Translations under genes and position numbers: made by a program
Notes under the pieces: generated by a model
What the model was told of the DNA's origin: nothing
Database searches by the model: none
The model's input: only the letters and a program-made list of their open reading frames with translations
Shown: positions 38,185 through 51,835 of the stretch, in pieces
Layout: the number at the start of each line of letters is the position of its first letter
Numbering within the stretch: position 1 is the first letter of the stretch
From: Octopus vulgaris
Taxonomy: Eukaryota
DNA length: 64,000 nt
Direction: 5' to 3'
Assembly: GCA_951406725.2 (NCBI GenBank)
Contig: OX597821.1
Location: 68,944,001 to 69,008,000, forward strand

Positions 38185-38870
38185 TTGAAATACACAAAAT
38201 GATCAGAAGTGAAAGACAATCAAAGTCCCTAAAAACATTCCTCACAAGTGCTAAATTATCTTCTACAATTCCTACACCAACAGTCAAAAAATGTGGCCAC
38301 CCCAATTGTGGGACCCGCATCAACCTTATTGAAGACACAACTTGAAAATTCAAATCAGGTCAGACTTTCACCATAAAAAAATCACTTTACATGTTATTCA
38401 AGGAATTTAATATGTTATCAAATGTCAAGGATGTAATGAAGATTACATAGGTCAAACAAAGCTTACTCTAAGATATAAACTGACCATTCACTGACAACAA
38501 ATATGGGACCCCAATACTAGACAGATCCCACTGAGTGGTCACATAGACATATGTGCAAAAAAATAAGTCTCCCAAATTCCAGGTCTTCCCACTCTACCTA
38601 TGATTTCCGTAGATTGCTCGGAAATCTCCCGTAGATTGCCCGGAAATCGCCAGGAGATTGCCTGGAAATCGCCAGGAGATTGCTCGGAAATCGCCTGGAG
38701 ATTGCCTGGAAATCGCCCGGAGGTTGCCCAGAAACCGCCTGGAGGTTTCCTGGAAACCGCCCGTAGATTGCCCGGAAATCGCCCGTAGATTGCCTGGAAA
38801 TCACCCAGATAAACAAAGAAAATACTTTCACACATAAGTACAAATGAAGATTTAACAGAGTACAAACACA
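38185..38870 (+). pseudogene. Penelope-like (Neptune-type) GIY-YIG endonuclease remnant
   Basis: RQSKSLKTFLTSAK, KCGHPNCGT, FTCYSRNL..VIKCQGCNEDYIGQT..H*QQI..HIDIC..FQVFPLY. Interrupted by a minisatellite. Confidence 0.85.
38600..38810. repeat. GC-rich 22-bp (2 x 11-bp) minisatellite
   Basis: About 9 copies of GATTGCC(T/C)GGA-AATCGCC(C/T)G(T/G)A. Confidence 0.95.
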
Positions 38871-39894
38871 AATAACTATTCACACACAAAATTCAATCTG
38901 CCATTTATCATGAGGAAGCTACACAGCTAACAACGTAAATTTTAACCACTGGAGTACATACGAATGACTCCTATCCACTCTCACACGAGACAGATTAAAT
39001 TTGGTCTGCCTTGATTATAACTAAACATATTCACTCAACCGTATTAGCCCTCTTTTTAGGCTCAAAATATATTCTCATGTGATACTAACAGGATATGTAC
39101 AAAAGGTTATAAATTTAATCATGTGTTCATTCTCTACAAACACTCAACAGAAAACATTCAGGGCATTGATTGTTTGGACTTGTTCAGTCAACCGTGTTAG
39201 CCTTAACTTATGATGGTCCATAGGAGATTTTATCTCTGGACGACTACAACAATAAATTTTGTTTATCATATCATGTATGACACAAACACAAACACACACA
39301 CACTCATACATGCATACATACACACACACATACACACATACACATGTGCATGCACACGCACACATATATGTAGGCACATAGCCTAGTGGTTAGGTGTTAC
39401 ACTAATGACTGCAAGATCATGGTTATGGTTTTGATTCCTGAACCTGGCAGTGCATTGTGTTTTTGAGCAAAACACTTCATCTTGCATTGCTCTGTAATCA
39501 CTTTGACCTCTGACGTAAGGTGCATAGTGCATATGTACAGGCAATGTTGATTTGATACATACAACACAAACATTAGATTGCTATAAATAAATCATCTGAG
39601 CTGGTTGTTCAGCAAGGAATTGCAGAACACTCATCTGTCATCCATGACAGGAGAGTCAGCTATCCATCCGTCCGTCCGTCCGTCCGTCCATCTATCCATC
39701 CATCCATCCTTCCATCCATCTGTCTATATACATATGTACATACACACACACACATATATAAAGTAAAAAGTAAAAGAATCAAAAGGAAGAGTAAATACGG
39801 TGACGCAGCTTTTTAATCACTACAAATATTTCGATACATACAGATCCTCGTATGAGCAGGGTTTAAAGTTTAAATATATACATATATATATATA

Positions 39895-40694
39895 TGAGGA
39901 GACCTGTTGAGTCAAGTGCATGTACATGAGAATCGAACCAAATATCAATGGAAACAGTAGTAGTTGTGATACCTGTGCCGGTGACACATAAAAAGCACCA
40001 TCCGAACGTGGCCGTTGCCAGTGCAGCTTCCACTGGCTTCTGTGCCGGTGGCACATAAAAAGCTCCATCCAAACGTGACCGATGCCAACCCCGCCTCGAA
40101 TGGCTTCTGTGCCGGTGGCACATGAAAAGCACCATCCGAACGTGGCCGATGCCAGCACCGCCCCGACTGGCTTCTTGTGCCGGTGGCACATAAATAGTAC
40201 CATCCGAGCGTGGCCGACACCAGCACTGCCTCGACTGGCTTCTGTGGCACCAACCGATCGTGGGATCCCGGAACATCTCGCTGTGCTTGAGGAGACCTGT
40301 TGAGTCAAGTGCATGTACATGAACATCGAACCAAATATCAATGGAAACAGTAGTTGTGATGCCTGTGCCGGTGACACATAAAAAGCACCATCCGAACGTG
40401 GCCGATGCCAGCACCGCCTTGACTGCCTTCTGTGCCAGTAGCACATAAAAAAAAAAGCACCAACCGATCGTGGCCGATGCCAGACCCCTCTGGCACCTGT
40501 GCAGGTGGCACGTAAAAAGCACCCACTACACTCGTGGAGTGGTTGGCGTTAGGAAGGGCATCCAGCTGTAGAAACATTGCCAGACCAGACTGGAGCCTGG
40601 GGCAGCCCCTGGCTCCCCAGACCCCGGTCGAACCGTCCAACCCGTGCTAGCGTGGAAAACGGACGTTAAACGATGATGATGATGATGATGATGA

Positions 40695-40698
<4 letters not shown>
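39895..40698 (+). mobile_element. RTE 3'-UTR repeat (family C) with expanded about 60-67-bp tandem units and an internal duplication
   Basis: Repeated GGCACATAAAAAGCACCATCCGAACGTGGCCGATGCCAG units. The GAGGAGACCTGTTGAGTCAAG block occurs twice. (GAT)n tail. Confidence 0.88.
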
Positions 40699-40733
<35 letters not shown>

Positions 40734-40767
40734 CATACATACATACATACATACATACATACATACA

Positions 40768-40798
<31 letters not shown>

Positions 40799-40799
40799 T

Positions 40800-40835
<36 letters not shown>

Positions 40836-40877
40836 GCAAATGAAAGACAGAAGATGGAATATACAAGAATTTATTAA

Positions 40878-40980
40878 TCACAACAATTGTTTCGACACAT
40901 CTAGCATCAATCCCTCATTGGGTGGTACACTCAACAACTGGTTCAGGAGCATCCGGTAGTGCAGATGTATCTCACAACTT
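40878..40980 (-). ncRNA. Hammerhead remnant with a damaged 5' core
   Basis: 9-bp stem II GATACATCT/AGATGTGTC, then GAA-ACAATTGT-T. CUGAUGA is replaced by GTTGTGA. Confidence 0.5.
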
Positions 40981-41429
40981 GTTAAAATACACAACTTGTT
41001 AAAATAACAGTTCTACAATGTAACTTCTCATTTTGTAGAAGGAAAAGTAACCTGATGGAGGAAATATCTTCATTTACATCGAAGAACAAGTAAGCTACCA
41101 GGTGTAAACCATTCGTTTTATTATCCAATATATATATATATATATATATATAATCCAATTGTGGCCGTTTGCCAGCCGCGTCTGGCACCTGTGCCAGTGG
41201 CACGTAAAAAGCACCCACTACACTCACGGAGTGGTTGGCGTTAGGAAGGGCATCCAGCCGTAGAAACACTGCCAGATCAGACTGGGCCTGGTGCGGCCTC
41301 CTGGCTTCCCAGTCCCCAGTTGAACCGTCCAACCCATGCCAGCATGGAAAGCAGACGTTAAATGATGATGATGATGGTGATGATACACACATGCATACAA
41401 GACAGAAGACTGTGCTGGTTTGGTTATGT

Positions 41430-41720
41430 GATACATATGGATGAGGACATCTGTGTAAAGAAGTGCCAAGCTCTAATTGTGAAGGGAACCTGTGGAAGGG
41501 GTAGACCATGAAAGACGTAGGACAAAGTGCTGAGAAAGGATCTTTGGACTCTGAGCCTCAATGAGCAAATGACAAGGGACTGAGAGATGTAGCAATTTAC
41601 TGTACTTGATAAGATACATCAAGCTAAGCAAAATCACTGTCTCCCACACATACAGGCTTGTCCTTTCAGGTGCCAGTGCCACATAAAGGGTACCTGTGTC
41701 AGTGCTGCATGAATGCACTC
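41430..41720 (+). pseudogene. RTE-clade ORF C-terminal remnant
   Basis: CQALIVKGTCGRGRP*KT*DKVLRKDLWTLSLNEQMTR. Confidence 0.75.
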
Positions 41721-42476
41721 ATGCTGGTGGCACATAAAACACACCCAGCACACTCTGATCCTGATAAGAAAAACTGAAAACCAAAGTCCCATTTTTTTGC
41801 TATATTCATTTCACACTTGTTTTTTTCAGTATGACTTGTTGACCACCACTAAAATTAATGAACTTTGTACATTCAAACAAATTGATATACAGTTTTAATT
41901 TTATTGACTGCTATGAACACGCAAACTTACACCTGTTTTGAACATGTTGATTTATCAACATTGAGACATTTTAATTTATCAACATTAAAACTTTTAAAGA
42001 TGTTTTTACTAATTTTAAACTTTTACCGTTGATAAACAAAAAATATTCATTTACGAGTTTTTGAAATTTAGGTGCATTTTCAACAATACATTTTCCTATA
42101 TATACACACATGCATACACTGTTGTGTCTGGGGAGAGCCATTTTCTTTTTGTGCCTTATAATTTAACACACTCACTGGTAAAATTTCCACTTATTTCTTG
42201 CTTCAACACACAAACTCACATAAAGAATCTTGCAAACCAAATCCAAAAACGAAATACATGCATATATATTATTAAGCAAGCATGTGTGCACACATGCTTG
42301 CTTATTAATATATATATATATATATATATATACAAACACACAAAGTATGGAGTTTAGTTCACAGGTGATCTAAACGATTAGGTATGCTAGTTAAGTGCCG
42401 TAATGGATTACTAGGGCCCCAAGGTTATAGCCGAGATGGTAGTTATGGAGCTATTGCAGATTTCCACTGCAGCGGA

Positions 42477-42630
42477 TATATAATTGTTAATGAGGACAGC
42501 AAATATTAAGGCAAGGCAAATACCTCAAGTTGTATACAATATTATTGAATTTTTTCCAATAATAATATTGTTTTTGACTTGAGATGTTTGCCTTGCCTTA
42601 ATGTTTGTTGTCCTCTTTAATAATTATAAA
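42477..42630. repeat. Fold-back palindrome next to (TA)n
   Basis: GAGGACAGCAAATATTAAGGCAAGGCAAA / TTTGCCTTGCCTTAATGTTTGTTGTCCTC. Confidence 0.85.
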
Positions 42631-42714
42631 TATATATATATATATCTAAGATGGACAAAATGCCACTAAGTACTTTGTCTGGCGTGCTAATGATTCTGCC
42701 AGTTTGCCACCTTA

Positions 42715-42765
<51 letters not shown>

Positions 42766-42867
42766 TAAATAATGAGGGTGTTTGCTGAATTTCTCTAGAG
42801 AACATTCTTTTCTTTGGTTAGATCATAGGTGATCTTCTTCAAGCATATTGTGATGTCCCTTCTTATA

Positions 42868-42908
<41 letters not shown>

Positions 42909-42971
42909 CTTAATGTTTATTTTTATGTCAGATTATCTTAATCTAAAGAGTCAACTTTAATCTTGGAAAAG

Positions 42972-43055
<84 letters not shown>

Positions 43056-43141
43056 CAGAGAGAGAGAGACAGACAGACAGACAAAAAGACCGGTGTACAG
43101 ATGGACAGTCAGACATGCAGTTGGATATGATAGATGGATAA

Positions 43142-43201
<60 letters not shown>

Positions 43202-43687
43202 ATTTGTATATATATATATATATAATTATATAGACAGACAGACAAAGTGTATGGGTGTGTGTGTGCTTCATATGTTTTGTGTGTTAAAAGGAGGAAAGAA
43301 TACTATAGGAAATGAAACAAAACATACCCCATTCCCCACCCCTGCTTCCACTTATACTACTCCAGTGCTGAGAAAGGAAGGGGAAGAAACAGGAGATCTG
43401 AGAATTATAAAACACGAAATAGTGGAAAGCCCCGGAAGGAATTAGACTGTATGGGGCGAAAATGAATATCCTCTTTCTAAATCCTAAAAAGGCATTTAGT
43501 GAAACTCTTCTGACAAAAGAGTGCAGAAACTACTAAAAATAGTTTAATCAATAGACAAACCCCAAGTGTTTGTGTGTGTGTGTGTTTGTGCATATGCATG
43601 TGCATGCGTGTATGTACATATATATATATATATATATATGTGTGTGCACACACTCATACACTAACACATATATACGTATATATATAC

Positions 43688-43741
<54 letters not shown>

Positions 43742-43954
43742 TATGAAACCGAGTGCATGTATGTATTCAAATATAATAAATATATCACTTAATTTACTAT
43801 ATAATATAATGCAGGGATGGGAGATGTTATTCCCTCTATCTCTCCATATACATATATACATATACACACACATGCACACACATATATATATACACACACA
43901 CATATATATATATGTACACACACATACACACATATATATATGTATGTATATGTG

Positions 43955-43985
<31 letters not shown>

Positions 43986-43998
43986 GTATGTATCTATC

Positions 43999-44077
<79 letters not shown>

Positions 44078-44201
44078 TGAAAACGTTGCAGTTGCCATGA
44101 AAATTCTTGTAAAAAATAAATAAGAAAATGAATAGAAATCAGACTGGTGAGTGTGTTAAATTAATAAGGTACTAAAGGAGAATGACTCTCCCCAGACACA
44201 A

Positions 44202-44247
<46 letters not shown>

Positions 44248-44277
44248 GTTTAACGTCCACTTTCCATGCTAGCATAT

Positions 44278-44320
<43 letters not shown>

Positions 44321-45462
44321 TGTATGTATGTACATATATATATGTATGCATATATATATGTGTGTGTATATGTGTGTGTGTGCATATATAAACACACACA
44401 CATACACATACCTATGGATACAAACTTATACAACATTTGAAAGTATTATCACCATCAGCATCATTGTCATTGACATCTTTGCCTTTGTCATCCTCATCAA
44501 TCATCAACATTGCATCACCATTATTTTATATCAGTTCTCCATACTGGCAGTGTATAGTCTCGTCATCACTATTCAAGAGTCTCTCAGAGTTACTGCCTTT
44601 ACTAGAGGACCCAAAGGATCACATCTTATTTGCATGTCCATTTCTGCATGTTGCCTTTAATTTTGCTAAATGTCCTACTGAACAGCAACCACTTTACAAA
44701 GTGTGTGTGTATCGAATGTGTTTTATTGTGGCACCAGCACTAGAGAGGTTGTTATATCCTCGACAGGACAAGACAAGACTGAAGGGTCTTAATAAAAATG
44801 GTTACAAGTAAGAGAGTGTGATGGCCATCTCTAATGTTTCAGCTGAGGAGAAGGATGGTAGTTTGGAGTATAGAAGGGTAATGATAGTTTGTGGGACAGA
44901 AAGTGAGTGGTGAGTAGTCAAGATGGCAATGGTCCTAGGAGGAGGGAATGCAATGAAAGAGTAACCAGTGAAAAAGGGACAGGGGAGATGGTTTGGTTTA
45001 CAGGATGGTTTAAGGGAGAGATTAATAACAGTATAGAATGGTAAATAGGATGGTGCATCAAATATTACCAGGAACATACATACTCATACTCACACACACA
45101 CACATACACACATGCACATACACATACACACACATGCACACACACATACATACATAGATATAGATATGTGTATGTACATATATATTCATTCATGCATACA
45201 TACATACATACATACATATATACATACATACATATACTCTTTTCTCTTTTACTCTTCTATTTGTTTCAGTCATTTGACTGTGTCCATGCTGGAGCACTGC
45301 TTTTAGTCAAACAAATCAACCCCAGGACTTATTCTTTTTAAGCTTAGTACTTATTCTATCAGTAACTTTTGCCGAACTGCTAAGTTACGGAGATATAAAC
45401 ACACCAACATCGTAAAGACACCAACATCACAAACACAGCAACTAATACAGACGCACAAATGT

Positions 45463-45518
<56 letters not shown>

Positions 45519-45689
45519 ATGCACACATATATATATATATATATACATATATACGACAGATCCACTCACAAGGCTTTGGTTGACCCAAGGCTACAGTAGA
45601 AAATACTTGCCCAAAATGCCGTGCTGTGGGACTGAACCCGGAACTATGTAGTTGAGAAGCAAGCTTCTTACCACACAGCCACTCCTGTG

Positions 45690-45787
<98 letters not shown>

Positions 45788-46521
45788 TGCACACACATAC
45801 ATTAATCTATCTATATCTATATCTATCTATCTATATATATATATGTATGTATATATATATATGTGTGTATATATATACGTGTGTATATATATATATTTAT
45901 ATATATATACAGTGAATACACACACACACACACATATGATGTTAAAAAAAACACAAAAATATAAAAACTACATGACAGGGTATGTTCACAATCAAAATTA
46001 TTTCTAGTTTCATGTTCAGTGAATGCAGTTTATTGTTACAACATTTTGAACATTGTCCTTCTTTAGACTGAGTGAAGATTAGAAAAGATGAAAAAAAGAC
46101 AAGAATGTGGCGGGTGGGGGGTAAAAAAAAAAAATTTACACATGTATTCAACTGATTTACTCTTTGTAAGAAATCTATATTATGATACTTTTCTGTTTGT
46201 CTGTGGCAAAATTTTTCTAGTTTTAATTTGTGTATGCCAACAATTTGGTGTATGCTGTCTGCTTTCTTGTCTGCCTTAAGGTTGGGTGGCTCTAAATATT
46301 AGATATATTATATTCCAATCTTTAAAAAAATGGTAAGAAAGGAGGACATGCTTTTAAAAATGTATCTAAAAAGTTTAATCAAAACTTTGCTTTAACAAAT
46401 AAACAGGTATGTGTTGGTCAATTAAAAATGAAGAAGTTAGATTTAGATTACTATCACTCTAACAAAAATTAAAATTTTATCAGCACTTTAATAAACTTAA
46501 CACTAACATCTTGCAAAGTAA

Positions 46522-46659
46522 ATTTTACCGTCTTTGTAGTAGATTGAATTTTATCAACTCTTTAATTAACTAAATTTTACCAATGCTCTTACAAATTGTT
46601 GGTAAAATTTAGTTAATTAAAGAGATAATAAAATCAGTTTACTACACAGATGGTAAAAT
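46522..46659. repeat. Fold-back palindrome within an AAATTTTA(C/T)C motif array
   Basis: CTCTTTAATTAACTAAATTTTACCAA / TTGGTAAAATTTAGTTAATTAAAGAG. Confidence 0.85.
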
Positions 46660-48427
46660 ACTAACTTTCCAGCAAATTTTATCAATTCACTGTTAAAAGT
46701 AAATTTTCCTTGCTCTCTGTACCAATTCTCTAGCAGATATAATATAATTTTACCGTCTCTTTTGCAAGCTAAATTTCACCAATATTCTTTCTAGCCAAGT
46801 AAAATTATAATTCTCAAAAAATAGTCAGTATACTGAAGTATATTTATAGGTTTATAACATATGTAATTATATTTTGGAATAAATCCCAGGAGATATAGTC
46901 CAAGTTCTTGGCAACATTCCTTGAATTTGTAATCCCCTAGCGGGATGAGTTTAGAGAGCTTCCCAGCACCCTAATAGGTGAAAATGCAGGTAAGCCCTTC
47001 CCTACACTGACAAGGAGGCCAATTGCTTTAGCAGTAGATGTTACTAAATGTTTAAAATAATGGCAATGGCACCAACAGTAAGGAGATGTTTGATATATTA
47101 TAATAATCAAGTTTGACCTCACCTACCTTACCTGAATAGTTCTGCGTTTAAATAGGTACCAGTTATATATGAAGTCACTTTCAGTGACTGTGTACTCATA
47201 TCCTGTACAAAAGTGGTAGCTTACATGGCCAAGAGAACTCTATAAAACCAGTGTACTTTAAGAATTGGAAGCTATAACATGATAGCTAAGCCTATTAGAA
47301 ACAGCAGCCAAATCTTTTTTTAAAAATCATATCCATTACCTTTACAAAGAAAGGAAGCATTAAATAATGCAGTCCTAAAAACTTCTAAAATAACAAAATA
47401 ACAAAATGCATTTCATCATAAGGCTGCTTGATCAAGAATGATCTGGAACAAAACAAAACAGCAACAATAAGGTAGAGTGCTGCTTGAAATAACAGCAGAA
47501 TCTCCCTCAAATCACACTGTGTGTTCTTAAACAAAGAAAGTAGTAGTCTTAAACTAGTCTTAACTATACTATATATGAAACAAAGAAATGGCATGATCAT
47601 GGCTGAAATACCTTTATCTATAGGCCTGGGGTTGCAAATTCATAATTTTATAAATTTCCCCCACCATTGCTTAACAACCAGTGTTGTGTTGTTTATGTTT
47701 CTGGTTTGCTTCATTAAACCCTTCATGATGCTGGCCCAACATGACTACACTCCAGTTACTGAAATGAGTAAAAGACGAACTCTAGGTACAGGTTGCTAAA
47801 CTTGCTTTGCAACCATGTGGTTTTAAGATCAGTTCCATTGTCTGACACTTTGGACAAGTGTCTTCTACTGTAGCCTTGGGCCAACCAGTGCCTTGTGAGC
47901 AGATTTGGTAGCTGGAAACTGTGAAGAAGCCTGTCATTTAAACACATTTGTGTATATATATGTGTGTTGTGTTAGTCCTCCACCTCCTCACCACACTTGA
48001 TAACCGATGTTGGTTTGTTTATATCCTCCATAACTTTATGGTTTTAAGCAAAAGAGACTAATAGAGTAGGTACTAGATTTTTAAAAAATGAGTCCTGCTG
48101 TTGATTTGTTTGACTAAACTTTTCAAGGTAATGCCCCAGCATGGCCTCAGTTCAATGACTAAAACAAGCAAAAGAAATATATATTTTTTTAAATAATTAA
48201 GAAAGACTTTTTTCAGCAGACATTCAAGCCCTTCGAGCAACTTTCCATAGTTAGAGATACTCAACAATGAAGTCTCAGTTTACTAACATATAGTTCTTTT
48301 CTACTCTAGGCACAAGGCCCAACACTTTTGCAGAGGGGGACAGTCGATTAGATTGACCCCAGTATGTGTAATTTAGATGACAATATACTGTATGTATATA
48401 TATATATATATATACACCTGTAAATGT

Positions 48428-48463
<36 letters not shown>

Positions 48464-48890
48464 TTAGCATCCGCTTTCCATGCTGGCATGGGTTGGATGG
48501 TTCAACTGGGCTCTGGGAAGCCAGAAGGCTGCACCAGGCCCAGTCTGATCTGGCAGTGTTTCTACGGCTGGATGCCTTTCCTAACACCAACCACTCCATG
48601 AGTGTAGTGGGTGCTTTTTACGTGCCAGACAAGGCTGGCAAACGGCCACGATCGGATGGTGCTTTTTACATGCCACCGGCACGGAGGCCAGGCGAGGCTG
48701 GCAACGGCCACAATTGGATGGTGCTTTTTATGTGCCACCGGCACGGAAGCCAGTCGGGGCAGCGCTGGCAATGGCTACATTCGGATGGTTCTCTTATGTG
48801 CCACCGGCACTGGTATCACAGCTACAATTTCCATTGATGTTGATTGATTTTGATTTTGATTTTGATTTTGATTTTCACTTTGGTAGCCAT

Positions 48891-48952
48891 GATAAAACTC
48901 CACGTTTCAGATGCCAGGGTGGAAATCCACGCCGACATCTCTTCAGTTATCC
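48891..48952 (-). ncRNA. Type I hammerhead ribozyme motif
   Basis: GATAA-CTGAAGA-GATGTC..GTGGA/TCCAC..GGCATC-T-GAA-AC(GTGGA)GT-T-TTATC: helix I GATAA/TTATC and a long stem II. Confidence 0.65.
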
Positions 48953-49047
48953 GGCCATTGGAAAAAATGCTCATTAAATTCCTCTATTTACATAATATCG
49001 AGGTCTCTTTCATTCTTTTGTTGTCTTACCATTTCTATCAACACACA

Positions 49048-49134
<87 letters not shown>

Positions 49135-49446
49135 CATGTATTTATTTTGCAAGATTCCAGATGTGAAATCATAATTTGAAGCAGATATATAGGGATGGTC
49201 ATATTTTGCCAATTAAACACATGCACTATACACTTGGTCATCACTTCAGCTTAATTGTTACTGTTTTTGTGTTTTTGTCTAATCTCTTCCCTTATGGAAT
49301 AAGCAGAACAAGAGGAGACACGTGGGATAGAGAGTTGCTGCTGAAGTTACAGGATGTATGACAAAAGATAAAAACACTAAGATAATAAAAATACAGCTGA
49401 AGTGAAGACCAAGTGTGTAGCATATGACCATCCCAAGCATCTAATA

Positions 49447-50138
49447 TTAGGTCATCAAGCATGAAATTTGTAGAAAAGAAAAAAAAGTTTGCTAGTGTTT
49501 TATAAATACAAGAAATAGTTTTATTCATCAAAGTATGCACCCATATTGTCAATACACTTTTGCCATTTCAGCAGTAGCTTGTCCAGCCCAGAACTGGTGA
49601 CTGAGTCAATAAAATATTGGAAGGCCTGTTTTACAGCATCGTCAGAATTAAATTTTTTTCCTATCAAAAAGTTATCCAAATTCTGGAAGAAGTGGTAGTC
49701 AGTGGGGGCAAGATCAGGTGAGTACGGTGGATGATGGAGAATTTCCAACTCCTGTAGTTTCGCCAATGTCATTTTTGGAATGTGTGGTCTGGTGTTATCT
49801 TGCAGTAAAATAGGAGTGGATCTGTTGACTAATTTAGGTTGTTTTTTTGTAAGTTTCTGCATCATTTGGTCAAGTTGGCTGCAGTATAATTTGCCTGTGA
49901 TTGATGAGCCAGGTTTAATGAAATTATGGATTACACCTGTGCCAGACCACCAAACACACACTATCAGCTTCTTTTGATGAATTTTGCTTTTTGGACTGTG
50001 TTTTGGTGGCTCATCTTTGCCCAGCCATTGTGCTGAATGTTTACGGTTGTTGTATTGGATCCATTTCTCATCACATGTTACAATTTGATTCACAAATGAT
50101 TCATTTTTGAGATGAGAAAGTAGCATAATGCAGGTTTC
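49447..50138 (-). pseudogene. 5'-truncated mariner: catalytic-domain half with one TIR
   Basis: IVTCDEKW, LLQDNTRPH, YSPDLAPTDYHFF, GAYFDE* (stop at 49521). TA + TTAGGTCATCAAGCATGAAATT TIR at 49447. Small in-frame deletions, no HTH domain. Confidence 0.9.
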
Positions 50139-50500
50139 CAAGGTTAGGACCATGGACCATACGTCCCCTACACAATTCAGGATCACAATTCATAAATACA
50201 CTGCAACACAATTACTTTTCCTCAACAGGCCCTGCTCTATTTAACATTGTTCCAAAACAGATCAAAGAGGGAAAGGATCTCATTACTTTTAAATGGAAAC
50301 TGGACAAATTTCTTCAAGGAGTAACAGATAAGCCACCTATACCTGTATACAACTCACTCAGCAAGAACTCCCTACTTGAATAGACTATGATACCACAAAA
50401 CTTAACTTAAAAGGATTCGGCTAATCCTATCAGGTGGTGCTATTAAGTTAGACATGGCCTGGACCAATCTTTGGTCAAAACATACCTAAGTTACCTAAGT
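50139..50500 (+). mobile_element. 3' fragment of a CR1/L2/Jockey-group LINE
   Basis: NYFSSTGPALFNIVPKQIK...FKWKLDKFLQGVTDKP...NSLLE*, with a short-repeat tail ACCTAAGTT x2. Confidence 0.75.
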
Positions 50501-50521
50501 TAATATATATATATATATATA

Positions 50522-50903
50522 CTAGCAGTATCGCCCGGCGTTGCTCAGGTTTGTAAGGGAAATAACTATAAAGCATTTTTAGAGAGTTATACCCAAAAAA
50601 TAGCAAAAAAATGGAAAAAAAATGATGGTAAATTTTTTGAGAGTTAAAAAGGTCGAGTTGCGCCCCCTAGACAGTCTGTGGTTTGTGTTTCTGATTCTCG
50701 ACCCCATGTCGAATTTATCGATTTTTTTCAGAACTGGGGGAACTTTTCAAAATTTTCGCTGCGTTAGTTTTGAATTATGACATTGGGCTATGTGTGTGTC
50801 AAGTTTCATCAGAATCGGTTGAAAGCCGTGGTCAGGGTGAGGGTACAACCTAACAGACACACAGACACGCAGACAGACAAACTGCCGTTTATATATAGAG
50901 AGA
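50522..50903 (-). mobile_element. Non-autonomous Helitron (same 3' end as 34530-34836)
   Basis: CTAG 50522-25, hairpin, 5'-TC at 50903, inserted in (TA)n. Confidence 0.88.
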
Positions 50904-50925
50904 TATATGTGTATGTATGTATCTA

Positions 50926-50959
<34 letters not shown>

Positions 50960-51017
50960 TAGATACATACATACATACATACATACACACACATCCATCC
51001 ATCCACCCATACATACA

Positions 51018-51053
<36 letters not shown>

Positions 51054-51137
51054 TTCATACATATTTATACATACATATATATATATATTTATATATATAC
51101 ATACATTTATATATGTATATATATATATATATATATA

Positions 51138-51574
51138 TGGAAGATGGCAGAATCCCCAAGGACATACTCTACGGAGAGCTTGCTAGGGGCACTAGGTCTG
51201 TGGGAAGACCGTTCTTATGATACAAGGATGTTTGCAGGACATGAAGGCCTGCAACATCAATATTAGCAACTGGGAAGCAGTTGCTAGCAACCGTGGAGAT
51301 TGGTGACGTACCGTAAAAGAGGGATCACAGAGGAATGACAGAGGGAGAGAGGAGAAATGGAAAGACAAGAAAAGACGTCAACAAGAAACTACGACATTAC
51401 AACCAGCCGGGCAAAGTCTTCGCTACATTTACGGCACCTGCCAGAGGGAGTGTTTGTTCAGAATAAGACTACACAGCCACAGCAGGAGATGTATTAGGAC
51501 ATGAAATGTAAAAGCCGGACCAGATTATTTTATGCACAACTCCATTGTCTCCCGAGACAAAAAGGATGCCAACA
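51138..51574 (+). mobile_element. RTE-BovB-like LINE 3' end
   Basis: [57 protein letters not shown]. Confidence 0.88.
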
Positions 51575-51689
51575 ATATATATATATATAAATATATATGT
51601 GTGTGTGTGTTTGTGTATAATTTAAAGAAAAACCTCTATTAAACAATTCAATAAAGAAAGATGTTATTCACACCATATAGAAAACATAT

Positions 51690-51835
51690 ACTACTATAAA
51701 AAAAAACTTATTCTAAAAATCAATAAAGTCCAATTAATAAAATCTTTAATATCATTAATAAGTTTCAAAATATATTCTTTTCTAGATGGTATAAGAATAT
51801 CCTTCAAAGATGAATTCCAAAATAGTGATTCTATC
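51690..51835 (-). pseudogene. Penelope-like ORF N-terminal remnant
   Basis: SSLKDILIPSRKEYILKLINDIKDFI resembles the SLKNIPIPS..Y..KLI start of some PLE ORFs. Confidence 0.5.

Noticed and set aside
39820-40522. 208-aa and 219-aa ORFs as genes
   Set aside because: These are antisense translations of the GC-rich tandem UTR unit.
39960-40530. CRISPR-like array (constant repeat with variable inserts)
   Set aside because: The variable parts are short and homologous to each other, the array sits in an RTE 3' UTR, the context is eukaryotic, and there are no cas genes.
49521-50186. 221-aa ORF as an intact or domesticated transposase
   Set aside because: The first roughly 15 residues come from the antisense of an adjacent LINE fragment, there is no HTH domain, and in-frame deletions shorten the second D-to-D spacing to 32.
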